DNA of 64,000 bases from Rhina ancylostomus (Eukaryota): the NCBI GenBank assembly GCA_030265395.1, contig JARFYF010000029.1, forward strand, positions 24,516,701 through 24,580,700, written 5' to 3'. Shown here in pieces: positions 26,101-36,678 of the stretch; within the stretch, counting starts at the first letter, position 1; every line of letters starts with the position of its first letter. Both the position numbers and the translations under genes were made by a program. Under the pieces are notes generated by a model that searched no databases, was not told the DNA's origin, and saw only the letters and a list, made by a program, of their open reading frames with translations.

Positions 26101-28019
26101 GTTCCTCAATTGGTCAAACAAAATAAAATGAACAAAGAACAAGGAATATTAAAGTTAATCACAGTTAATAGTTTTGGTGGCTATGTTCAAATGGTAATTC
26201 TTTTTCAAACTGCATTCTTAATGCTATTTCAAGTCAAGTTGAGTTTCTTGTCATATGCACAAGTATGGCGAGGTATAGGTACAATGTTATTTCATTACCA
26301 AAGCACATTTCATGCTACACAGATCTATTAGTGCAATAAGTTAATTAGTAAATCAAAAATTATTGATTGCTTAGGTGAAAGCAATATTTATTAGTATTGC
26401 TGATTTATTAGACAAAGGGCAATGAACTTGGAAACAGACCCTAGTTACCGGCTATGTGTTTTGCCTGACAGAAATACAATCACTGGTCAATAACAATGCA
26501 TGTGCACTTTCTAGCCATAGGCGCAAAAGTTACTCTGTTGACTTGAGATAAAATACCTAAAACACAAATATGCAAAATGGTGGCTGGATTTTCTTTTAAA
26601 AAAAACATGTCAGCAGTTCAATGGATTTCAATGAAGACGACTGTAACTTTCTCCAGTCACACTTACTGAGGCTGACTAATAATGAGGGCTTAATTTGCTG
26701 ATTTAAATTTCAATTATATTCATGCAATAACTGGATTTTTAAAATCTTAAAATAATGCTCAATTTTCACAAGCAGCATTTAACCAGGTGCCAAAAAGGAA
26801 GTAACTGAAGAATATTTCTGCACCAAAACAATGCTTATTTAGCTTAAAAAAACAGGAACTGTATCTATAATTCAAATACTTAAAGTTTTCCAAAGTAATG
26901 CAAGTTGACCTTTACAAGTGGGTTCTTTGCAATATTTCAGGAAATATTTCCAACTCTTTAAAGCTAATAATAAATGAACACTCCATCAAGTAGCATACAT
27001 GCAATATTATATTTAATATACAAATGAGAATTGTCTTAAAATTTTTAAATGGAATCAAGTATTTTACAAGAAATATGAAGCTTACTATTATAGAATATCA
27101 TAGAGCTATATAGCATGGAAACATGCCCTTTTACAAAACTCATCCATGCCAACCAAGACATCTATCCTAGCTAGTCCCATTTGCCAGCAACACCAGTAAA
27201 ACAAAGTTCTCTGTAAATAATCCATTTACCTTATTCCTTTCTAAAAAGGAATAACAGAACCACTAAATTCAGATCTGTGACACCACAAAGGTCATACAAT
27301 TTCAATATCCTGAAGTGCTAAAAGTTCGATTTAAAGGTTTTGTTAAATAGAAATGACTGCAAACAGAAAACAATTAATAAATATCCATCAGTCCCATATG
27401 CTAATATTTTCTAAGTGACAGACAGTCAGTGCTTCAAAGATGGTTAGCACTGATGATAGAACTATTTAAAAGCTACACATTAAACTCAAATGCTGCTTCT
27501 TTATTTTGTACAGTATAAACAGATAAAAAGCACTCATGTTTTTAATAGTACTACTAATCAAAGGCATATATTTTGTTGCACCTAAAGCTTACAAGAGTAC
27601 AGCAGTCCTTTACATGCATTACAAATGCAATGAAACCTTTGTTTCAGTTAATCTGATGTTACCATTGCCAACTATTGTCATTGGCATTGACAATTTCCCA
27701 ACTGGTGCCCTGGCATGTTATAGAAAGAGTAGATTTTTAAACTAGTGAAATGATGGGCTAATAATAGTATCAGTTACAGACTTGGGAGTTTTGGAGGATC
27801 ATAATATAAACCAGTGAAAGGTTTCTGGGTTCAGTTTGCATGTACATAGCAGTGACTATTTGGAAATATTGGTTGATACATATTACAGACATTTGATCAA
27901 GTAATTTTCATAACTGCAGAAATAATAATGTATTTGAGTTGTGTGGTTCTTACCTAATTAGAACTATGTGGGATGCCCCATTATTGCAGTTATGTTTCAC
28001 TGCCCAAATGCCAATCTGT

Positions 28020-28384
28020 CCTCACCACCTCTTTTCCTTTATGCCATGCTCCACCTTACTCTCCAATCAGATTCCATCATCTTCAGACCTTTGTCACTGC
28101 CACCTATCACCTTCCAGTTTTGAGCACTATTCCCACCCTCGCCTCCCCATCTGCCTGTCACTCCTCCTCATCTGGATCCACCTATCACTGCTAGCTCTCG
28201 CTCCACTCCTTCCTTCCACCTTTTTAATACTGGCTATCTCACCTCTTTCTTTTAGTCCAGATGATGAGTCTCAACCTGAAACATCTACTGTCATTTCCCT
28301 CCATAAATGCTGCCTGACCTGCTGAGTTCCTTCAGATGTTTTGTGTGTTGCTCCAGATTTTAACATCTACAGTTTCTTGTGTCT
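28020..28384 (+). mobile_element. Penelope-like element terminal repeat fragment
   Basis: C/T-rich tract, then cagatgatgagtctcaacctgaaacatc...gctgcctgacctgctgagttcc...catctacagtttcttgtgtct. Near-collinear with 62400-62697. Confidence 0.75.
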
Positions 28385-29214
28385 TTATAAGAGTACATGC
28401 TCTCACTGCAATGTGTTGAGGAGAGCGAGCGAGGGAGAATTTCCACGATTTTTATTCCTAGCCAATCACAAATGATATTGCCAAACCAACGACAGATTTC
28501 AAACATTGTTATTAGTAAACATAGCTCAAGGGATTTTTCACAAATGAGATACCTTAATAAAACATTTGCAGGGCTTTAATTTCATGCAGAGCCAGAAGAG
28601 TAGCTGTTGAAAATACATGAAAGTAAAGCTAGCATGAAAATTTCCACTTCTCCTAACTAGATTGTCTTCATCCCTGTCTTTACAAGTAGCTTCTGGACCT
28701 GCAGTCATACATCCAGGTAGCTGCAAGATGCTGTTCACAGCTAACAACATCCATATTTTCCAGCAGGTTGCCATCACACTGTGCTGCAAGACAAATGAAA
28801 AGAGCTTTGCGTCTGATCAGTAAATTTTTTAATCATCAGCAGTAACCTCTGCCACCCCCCCCCCCCAACCTCCACCAAGGGGGTACAGTTAAGTGCAGAT
28901 TTCTCAATGTAAGTTCTATCGAAGATACTAAATTTCAACTGACTGTTCTCTCCTCCACTGCTGACCAGTCTGTCATATTTCTCCACTGTTTTTGTGTTTT
29001 ACTTTCAGCCAACCAGCATGTGCCTTTTTTGAAAAAAAAACTTCTCCCAATTACTTTTGTGTTTTCAGTGCACAGATAAAGCTTCTGAAGACAAAAGACA
29101 TGTTTTAATGGCTGATTGATTCCAGTAAAATAAGTGAATTGATTTCTTCAGCATTATTGAAATCTGGCTTTAGACCACACTGCTTCCACACCTTGCAAAA
29201 CAAAAATCAAATTG

Positions 29215-29968
29215 TAAGTGGTTTATTGTCACATGTACCAAGGTGCATTGAAAAAACTTGCCTTGCATACCATCCATACAGATTAATTCATTACAACAAT
29301 GCATTAAGGTAGTACAAGATAAAAACAATAACAAAGTGCAGAATAAAGTGTTACAGTACAGAGAAAGTGCAGTCTAGGCAGGCAGTAAGGTGCAGGGTCA
29401 CAATGAGGTAGATTGTGAGGTCAAGAGTCCACCTTATCAAATGAGGGAACAGTTTAACAGTGGGATAGAAGCTGTCCTTGAGCCTGGTGGTATGTGCTTT
29501 CAGGCTTTTGTATCTTCTGCCCGATGGGAGTGAGGAGAAGAGAGAATGTCCCTGGTGGGTGGGATCTTTGATTATGCTGGCTGCTTTACTGAGGCAACAA
29601 GAAATGTAGACAGAGTCCATGGAGGGGAGACTTGTTTCTGTGATGTGCTGAGCTGTGTCCACAACTCTCTCCAGTTTCTTGCGGTCACGGGCAGAGCAGT
29701 TGCCATCCCAAGCTGTGATGCATCTGGATAGGATACTTTCGATGGTGCATCAATAAAAATTGGTGAGGGTCAAAGAGGACGTGCCAAATTTCACTCCTAG
29801 GAACTTGAAACTCTCAACCCTCTCAATCTCAGTACTACTGATGTAAACAGGAGCATGTGCACCGCCCCCTTTCCTGAAGTCAATGACCAGCTGTTTTCTT
29901 TTGCTAGCATTGAGGAAAAAGGTTGTTGTCATGATACCATGTTACAAGGCTATTTCCTTCCTGTACTC
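29215..29968 (-). mobile_element. Rex1/Babar-clade LINE 3' end
   Basis: LNASKRKQLVIDFRK....HAPVYI..IERVESFKFLGV and KAASIIKDPTH.GHSLFS.LPSGRRYKSLKAHTTRLKDSFYP. Confidence 0.9.
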
Positions 29969-30087
29969 CCCATGAAAATGAAATTTCACATGTTGCAGAT
30001 CTGAATTTGATTCGACAATCCCCAATTAGTTACACTTGAACAACAGAAATCCTCTGCCACAACCTATTTTTCTGAAATTGCATAAAC

Positions 30088-30152
30088 ATTACAAACAACA
30101 TTTTTGCTTTCCACAATTGATTACAAACAACATTTTTGCTTTCCACAATTGA
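30088..30152. repeat. Perfect 32-bp tandem duplication
   Basis: ATTACAAACAACATTTTTGCTTTCCACAATTG x2. Confidence 0.95.
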
Positions 30153-32077
30153 AGTGCCAATTAAAAGGGATAGTTTTAAAGTCAATGAGAAAAGAATGAA
30201 AAAAAGGTCAGTTATTTTCAAATTGGCCTGAAGCATGTAATATTTACTTAATAAGAAATTCTGTTAGAAGATTACATTTATAATTGGTAATGCAAATCAA
30301 CACAAAGTCGCCAGTCTCCAAACGTGAAGGAAAGAGATTATGTCAAATGAAGGGGTTAAAATGTGTACGAATTATTAAAAATGCTACTCGATTTGGTTAC
30401 CATTTATATCTGTCCACGTGGGTCTGAGCTCTCACGCATTAGTTATACCCTTATGACAGCTTGCAACAATGGTCACATTTTTAATGCACCTTCACAAATC
30501 ATAGTCATGGAGGGCGCTTTCTCCGAGAACGACTTACTGTAAGCAATGCTTTCTCAGGTAACTTGTAACCAATAATAACAACATGCATTGATACCAAAAT
30601 AGTTTAGTTCTCCACAGCGACTCCTGTGAATAGTCTGTCGTCATGAAGGTCTTAAAGCAATGCATTGTTTGTGTCAATTTGACCAAGCACCGATATGAAA
30701 GGAACCATCACTTGCATTTCCTCTCGAATGATCACATCAGTCGACGTTCTGACTTCACTCCTGGTCGATTTTACCTCAAACGATAAGTAAATCTCACGCT
30801 CCCAATCCATCTGGTCCACTGGGAATGTAATCGTGAGATAAAAATCTACATTCGGCTCTGTTTAAATTCCAGAGAGATTTGCAGTAAAACCTTGGCCAAA
30901 TTGCCGAGGGAAACGGGAAAACCTCGATCGGTGAGAGAAGTGCTCCAGCAATTTATTTGTCCAAAGGCTCCAAAATCGGGATTTAACTAAACTAATAACC
31001 ATACATTGGCAACTTCGGTCTGATCTGGCAATTAACCATCTGAATTATAACGGACATCCATTCACAAGAATCCCGAGAATTATACTGATACATAAATCGC
31101 TCCCTCCCCAAGTTCCGACAGCGCTCCACGATTTGCCCTCAGGCTAGTTTTAAAATATTCATAAAGGGCGGCGGTGGGACAACTTCTGCTGAGAAGCTCA
31201 GATTTGTTAAATGCCGCCGTAGTGGTTTATTCTAGTTTTTTTAATTCCATCGTTCGCTATTAAAAGCGATTTTAATATCAAATTTCCATTGATCTACTGT
31301 CCCGCTGAGATGCGGCAGTACCATCCACATTGTGCCGCTTTGTCATTACGCTCAGAAAATTTTAAAAAAATCAAAACCCTTCCTCTTTTGAAGCGTGCAC
31401 AATCTGTTTTTAATGATTAATGGAAAGGAATGCTCAGACCTACTTATCCTGTTTACAAATTTATCCGTCTCTAAACTTTACGCAACTCGGACCAACATCC
31501 AGATTACAAAGAGTGACATCGGAAAGCTACAAACCTCAGCCAGATATAAATGGGCAGTATTCTATAGAGATGTGTCTATGCGTATTCATAATCTTTGTTT
31601 GCATGGATAACAGATCTATTTTGTAAAGATAATTCAAATATTGTGATCAGCATATCCAAGTAAATGGAAAATACAATAAGATGAAGTAAAACAAAGGCTG
31701 GGATAGAAACCTCAGAGTCAATGTTTAAAAACGTTTGCGGAAGGTTAAAAAGGAAAAGGTAACGGGAGCACAAAGCAGTCGGGGGAGCCAGTATTTCTCC
31801 CTCTTCCTCTGAGCCAAGGACATATTTAACATGAGCAAGGAAAGAGATAATTAAAAATAGGCAGCCCAGTTATAACGGACGAGAGGAGCAGCTAGCGCCC
31901 TCAAAGAAGCGGCAACGTTATCATGTTACGCCGGGTCAGTTCTTCGCAGCTTTTTTGGACACATCGCTTTGCCTCTGCACCGACCCCAGTCACAGGCACC
32001 AACCACACTCTCACAAACTCATTGCAATTCAATAGCAGGGGCACAAATTACGCAGAGTAAAGCCGCAATTCACTCAC

Positions 32078-32114
32078 CGACGCCGTATTTCTCATTGTCT
32101 GTAGGTATCCACAT
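32078..32114 (-). CDS. DOCK4: Dedicator of cytokinesis 4, coding exon 1 (37 nt); the rest of the gene lies left of the window
   Basis: Minus strand reads ATG TGG ATA CCT ACA GAC AAT GAG AAA TAC GGC GTC G|GTGAGT = MWIPTDNEKYGV, matching the recalled human N-terminus MWIPTEHEKYGV. It has a consensus phase-1 donor and is head-to-head with ZNF277, as in human. Confidence 0.93.
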
Positions 32115-32529
32115 TGTCGAGACAGATAAACGATAAATGCATATGTTTGCACGACAATAAAACTTGTCCCCTAACGTGCCCCAGTTATTGAGCAGTTTAT
32201 CCGCGGGACCATTGTTCAGACTCTGGACGGACAAGAACCCTGCGGGCGCGAAGGCTACCGGGAGCTGTAGTCCCACTCTGTAGCGACCATGACCTACTCT
32301 GGGAACAGTAGTTTCCTCACTTGAGGGCGGCGCGTTGCTTTCTGGGAGATGTAGTCCCTGAGCTCTTCGCCTCGGCCCCACGCCAATGACTGATCGGACT
32401 ACAACTTTCCCAGATCACCGCGCGAAATCATTGCCACCAACTTCGGTTCGCGATTGGCTGCGGATCGGTTGTTATGGTTTCCGGAGGGGGAGGGGTGGGT
32501 GACGTACGACCGATCAGTGGGGTGGCGTG
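32115..32529. promoter_or_regulatory. Bidirectional DOCK4/ZNF277 promoter and 5' UTRs
   Basis: 415 nt separate the divergent ATGs. Contains four ACTAC..TCCC(A/G) SBS-type motifs (32258-32273 -, 32299-32314 -, 32342-32357 -, 32396-32413 +), opposed CCAAT boxes (32383-32387 +, 32453-32457 -), a GGGGGAGGGG Sp/KLF box (~32486-32495) and TGACGT (32500-32505). No obvious TATA box. Confidence 0.85.
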
Positions 32530-32566
32530 ATGGCGGCTCTTGGTACGGCAGGCGTTGGAGAAGGTG
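32530..32566 (+). CDS. ZNF277: Zinc finger protein 277, coding exon 1 (MAALGTAGVGEG, 37 nt)
   Basis: GTGATGGCG start in the CpG island and donor G|GTGAGA. Phase 1 joins in frame to exon 2. Resembles the human MAA...GGVGYG exon but is shorter. Confidence 0.8.
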
Positions 32567-32982
32567 GTGAGACCTGCAGCGTGAGCCGCTCCTCGCTGCT
32601 TGTGTTGGGGCCGGGGGGAGGCGAGCGCGTTGTCAGTGATGGGTTTATAGTGAATGGGACGGAACCATAGTGGCCGTCAATGGGTGGACGATGTCGGGTC
32701 CTTTAGCCGTGTGTTACTGAAGCATCGGCCGTCACCGGCTTTCTGTAGAACATTCCGGGGGGCATTGGGGTTATTGCCTTGTAGAAAATCACGGGATCCC
32801 AGCAGTGCAGACTGTGTGTGCAGAGAAAGGGGCTGACGCCTCAGGTCGGTGATTTGGGATCATTTCAGTGTCGAAGGTCGACGTGATGAAGGGTCGAAGC
32901 CCAGGTGGCTAAGTTGAAATGAGCGAGGGATAAATGTGTTTGCAGTTCATTTCTCAGAAACTAGGGTTCCCTAGATTTTTTT

Positions 32983-33180
32983 AAAATCAGAAAATACTGG
33001 GAGCGTTCAGCTTAGGCAGTAACCAGCTGCTTAACCTAACTGAAAGTTAACGTTTCTGATGAAGGGTCTTCGACCTGAAACATTAAATCTGTTCTTTTTC
33101 CGCTGATGTCCTGAGTGTGTCCAGCATTTTTTGTTTATATTTTAGATTTGTAGCATCTGCGGGCTTTTTTTGTATTTTCA
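32983..33180. mobile_element. Short fold-back Penelope-derived unit with a central hammerhead-like core
   Basis: The left arm (cagaaaatactgg...gttaacgtttc) is the reverse complement of the right-arm type (gaaacattaa...ccagcattttttg). CTGATGA...GAAA lies at 33056-33080. Confidence 0.7.
33056..33088 (+). ncRNA. Minimal type I hammerhead ribozyme-like motif (activity unproven)
   Basis: CUGAUGA-A-GGGUC/uuc/GACCU-GAAA-CAUU. Core boxes and stem II are intact. The stem III palindrome ACGU has decayed to ACAU. Confidence 0.55.
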
Positions 33181-33569
33181 ATTTTCTATTCGTATCAATG
33201 GGATATTTGATACAAAGATAACACAAGATTCCGTGGTACACTTCTAAGCAATGTCTGAACAGTAGCACATTTGGATTTTTTTTAAAGTGTGCATTTGATT
33301 TTGTTCTTTAAATTGCAGTAATTCATGAAGGTTTCTTGCCAACAGCTTCTCAATGGTAATTCCTACAAAAGAATTCTTAAATTCTAGTGTGCTGATAACT
33401 ACTTTTATAGCGCTGCAGTCAACAATACAAATTACAAATGTGCATTATCTTGCATATTTTTTCATTCTACTCCTAGTCAATAAATAATATTATAGCATTT
33501 GAAATGTGACACAATAATATGAAGTACTTGTCAAATCTAGCCTATGGACGTTTTTTCATTATTTAATCT

Positions 33570-34420
33570 TCAGATGTGGGCAGTGCTGGGAAGACCTACT
33601 TGGCTTGAAAAGGCAGCGGTAAACTGCTGTAGTCCTCTGGTAAAGATCTGCATAACATGCCTTTTGGTGAGCAGTTCTGGTGTTCAGATGCAGTGATGAA
33701 GGAATGCCAATATATTTCCGGTCAGGATAGTATGTGACTTGGAGAGAACCTGCATCTGGTTCCCAAGTTCCCATTGTTATCCCTGGTGGTAGGTGTCTGA
33801 TATTTGAAAAGTATTATCATTGTAATCTTGAAGAAGAACAGTATTTAATTGATGCACATTGCAGCCATTGTGCTCCAGCAGTGGAGGGAGTGAATGTTTA
33901 GACTGGTGATTTGAATGTCAGTCAAGCAAACTAATTTGCTCTGAACGTTGTCAAGCTTCTTTTGCACTCCTGGGAAGTAGAGAGTGTTCCATTGCACTCG
34001 TGACTTGAACCTTGTAGAAGGTGAAAAGATCTCATGTAGTCATTTGGTGTGTTATTCACTGAAGGATGCCCAGACTCTCATCTGCTTTTCCAACCACACA
34101 ATTTACACAATTTGAGTCACTGCTCTAGTTGAATCTCTGGGAAGCTGATGATGGGTCACTCAGCAATGGTAATGCTGCTGAAGACAAGAGTGGGTAGTTA
34201 TACAGTCTATTGTCAGAGATGGTCATTGTCCAGTGTTTGTATCGTGTGAATATTACTTTCCAGTTATCAGTATATATCTGAATGTTGTATAGCTCTTGGT
34301 ACACTTAAGTGTGTTTCATTTTCCTGGGGAGATGAAAATGGAATTGAACATTGTGCAGTCATCTGCAAACATCCCACGTTGGCTCTCTAAAATGTCATTG
34401 AAACAGCAGAAGATGGTTTT
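33570..34420 (-). mobile_element. CR1/L2-group LINE, RT end plus 3' region
   Basis: The reverse complement of tgaacattgtgcagtcatctgcaaacatccc gives GMFADDCTMF (RT catalytic motif). Confidence 0.75.
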
Positions 34421-36315
34421 GCCAGGTTTCAGCCGCAGGAAGGAAAGTTCTTTGGAAGTGTGCATATGTGGTAGTCTTAGTTATGGTACAGAACATTGTC
34501 CAAGGACCAGGATCAAATATGACATCAAGGTTGTGGAAAAACTGGTTCTGTTTCAAAAACTTGCTGGGCAAGATAATGGGGAAAATAACTTGGGATAGGA
34601 GGGGGAAGTCTAATAGTCCCAAAGATAAAGATTTTGGTATCTCAAATATGTAGTTTTATGAAATATTTCTTCTCGTCTGGTTGTCGGAGAAATAGTTTAG
34701 TTTAGTGTCAGTAAAGGGGTTGACAGGTAGTGGTGAAATAGAGATGAGAGTTGAGTGTTATCATCTTGTATATATTTCAAAAAAAAGTTGTCTACTTTTG
34801 TATATGCCCAAGTAATATAAGTATTTGATATCAAGTCAGCCATATCTTTGATTCATTTCTTAATCTCTGTAAATATATTCATATAATTTACAAATATTAT
34901 CTTTCTTGCTGATGGGGAATTTTATTACACAGTTCAGGAAGAAGAGGGCAAACAATAGTATGAGTTAGCTGATCCCAGACAATGTTTGTATAGTGTCTAT
35001 GAGAAGAGAGAATGGCCAAGGTTGATGTTTTGATTTCTCAAGATTTTTTAATGGAAATGCATACAATAAAATGAGAATGCTTCTTATTGAATTCTGATTG
35101 CCAGTGGTCAATTTGTCTGTCGAAAGCTGACCTGTTAACAATATGCTAGTGCAAAGCATTGATGGGTTGTTTATGCAACAATAACCTAACATATTTATAC
35201 CCAAGTTGTTAGAAATCAGAACCTATAAAGAGCTATTCTACCTTCCAGTGTTAACTTTTCAACTGGATCTTTCCCATTTCCCATATTTCCCTGATAAAGG
35301 CAAAAAAAAACACTTTTTATTCTATCTTATTTCATATGTTTTTATACATTACAAACATTGCTTTCCATTTAGAAGCTCTGTTGATTTTATAATCTCATTA
35401 TGCAGCCAAAAGGTGAAGGAGGTGACTCACTTTGAACATCACAGCATGATGTATATTTTAAGAGTTTATAGATTATCTGCTCTCTCCCACTATGATTGCA
35501 CAAATCTGTTGATTGTTATTAAACACCATTTCAAGTAGAGCTCTTTAGATTGAGAAGGGGCAAAGGAACTATGTAGTAGGGGTCTAGGTGCTGCATCATC
35601 AGAAGCCACATAAGAGCAAAATGTGGCCCTTAGCTGATTATTTTTAGTTAAGACAATCCATGATTTTTGCATGGAGGGGAATAAAAGACAAGAGTAATAG
35701 AATGTTGGCACAGGTAGAGCAGAAAGATGGTATAATTTGCCTGATTACATGCAAAGCGATACATTCTATGGTGTTGCACTGAATTATCAACATTAAACCA
35801 TAGATTAACACAAACCTCAAAGTTGTTACCACAGTGATAGACTTTGATAGTTTTGTAGTTAAAATAACTGCAAAATCTGGGCCAGTAAATCATAAATGCT
35901 TTATATTCATGAAACAAATTCATTCACTTTTTAAAAAATGTTCTTCTTCTCTCATTGACATCTTGAGAAAATCTAATTTGCTATAGTCAACTATGACATG
36001 TTTGATACTAAGAAATGACTATGTATGCGCCTTGCCATCTTCAGGCTCTTTTTGATGAAATGGCCACGAGTTGGCATCCACTGTCATCCTTGAAGTATTG
36101 AAATGGATTTCCCAACCAGGATGGGACAGTACCCACCTTATCAAAAGCATTGCAAACTTTTCCTACAGGCCAAAGGGTTTGAGGGATAGAATTAGAAGTG
36201 GTACATGGATAGGAANNNNNNNNNNNNNNNNNNNNNNNNNNNNNNNNNNNNNNNNNNNNNNNNNNNNNNNNNNNNNNNNNNNNNNNNNNNNNNNNNNNNN
36301 NNNNNNNNNNNNNNN

Positions 36316-36432
36316 GAAGTGGTACATGGATAGGAAAGGTTGAGAGGTATATGGGCCAAACGCAGGGAAGTAAGACCAGCTCAGGTAGTTGGGCTGAAGT
36401 GCCTGTTCCCATGCTGTATAACTCTGACTCTA
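36316..36432 (+). mobile_element. CR1-type 3' tail fragment
   Basis: tacatggataggaaaggtt..gggccaaacgcagg..gggctgaagtgcctgttcccatgctgtataactctgactctat. Confidence 0.75.
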
Positions 36433-36476
36433 TGGCGGCAAGTTAACTAATGGAATGAATTTTGTGTTCGTTTCAG

Positions 36477-36678
36477 AAAACAAAGACTGGATATTGGAGC
36501 CCCTCTCCTTACCAGAGCCAATTTGTAATGCTGTTCAAGACTCGACCTCCTTACTGCTGCCTTGCATATTTTGTGAAGAATGTTATTCTGCAGAAGAGAA
36601 GGAAAACTTGCTCAGGCACATGATTCTTGAACACAAACTGGTGATATCTGATGTGAAACTCATTGTAGATTTTAGAAG
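36477..36678 (+). CDS. ZNF277: ZNF277 exon 2 (202 nt), first C2H2-type finger
   Basis: tttcag|...AG|gtctga. Encodes ENKDWILEPLSLPE...PCIFCEE...LLRHMILEHKLVISDVKLIVDFRR (human DSKDCILEPLSLPE...PCIFCEE...HMIIEHKIVIADVKLVADFQR). Confidence 0.96.

Larger units (their letters stand above)
30700..32900. promoter_or_regulatory. CpG-rich island spanning both first exons
   Basis: CpG dinucleotides rise sharply against the CpG-depleted flanks, and GC content peaks at ~32200-32850. Judged by eye. Confidence 0.8.

Noticed and set aside
32070-32381. 103-aa ORF as an N-terminally extended DOCK4
   Set aside because: It starts at GTG, runs through the promoter motifs and is GC-rich, so few stops are expected. 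Only MWIPTDNEKYGV is homologous.
32883-32905. GTGATGAAGGGTCGAAGCCC as another hammerhead or a C/D snoRNA C box
   Set aside because: It lacks C3 and the GAAA box, and there is no terminal stem with a nearby D box.
36195-36336. Identical 21-mer GAAGTGGTACATGGATAGGAA on both sides of a gap, resembling a TSD
   Set aside because: It flanks exactly 100 Ns, so it is most likely an unmerged contig overlap.
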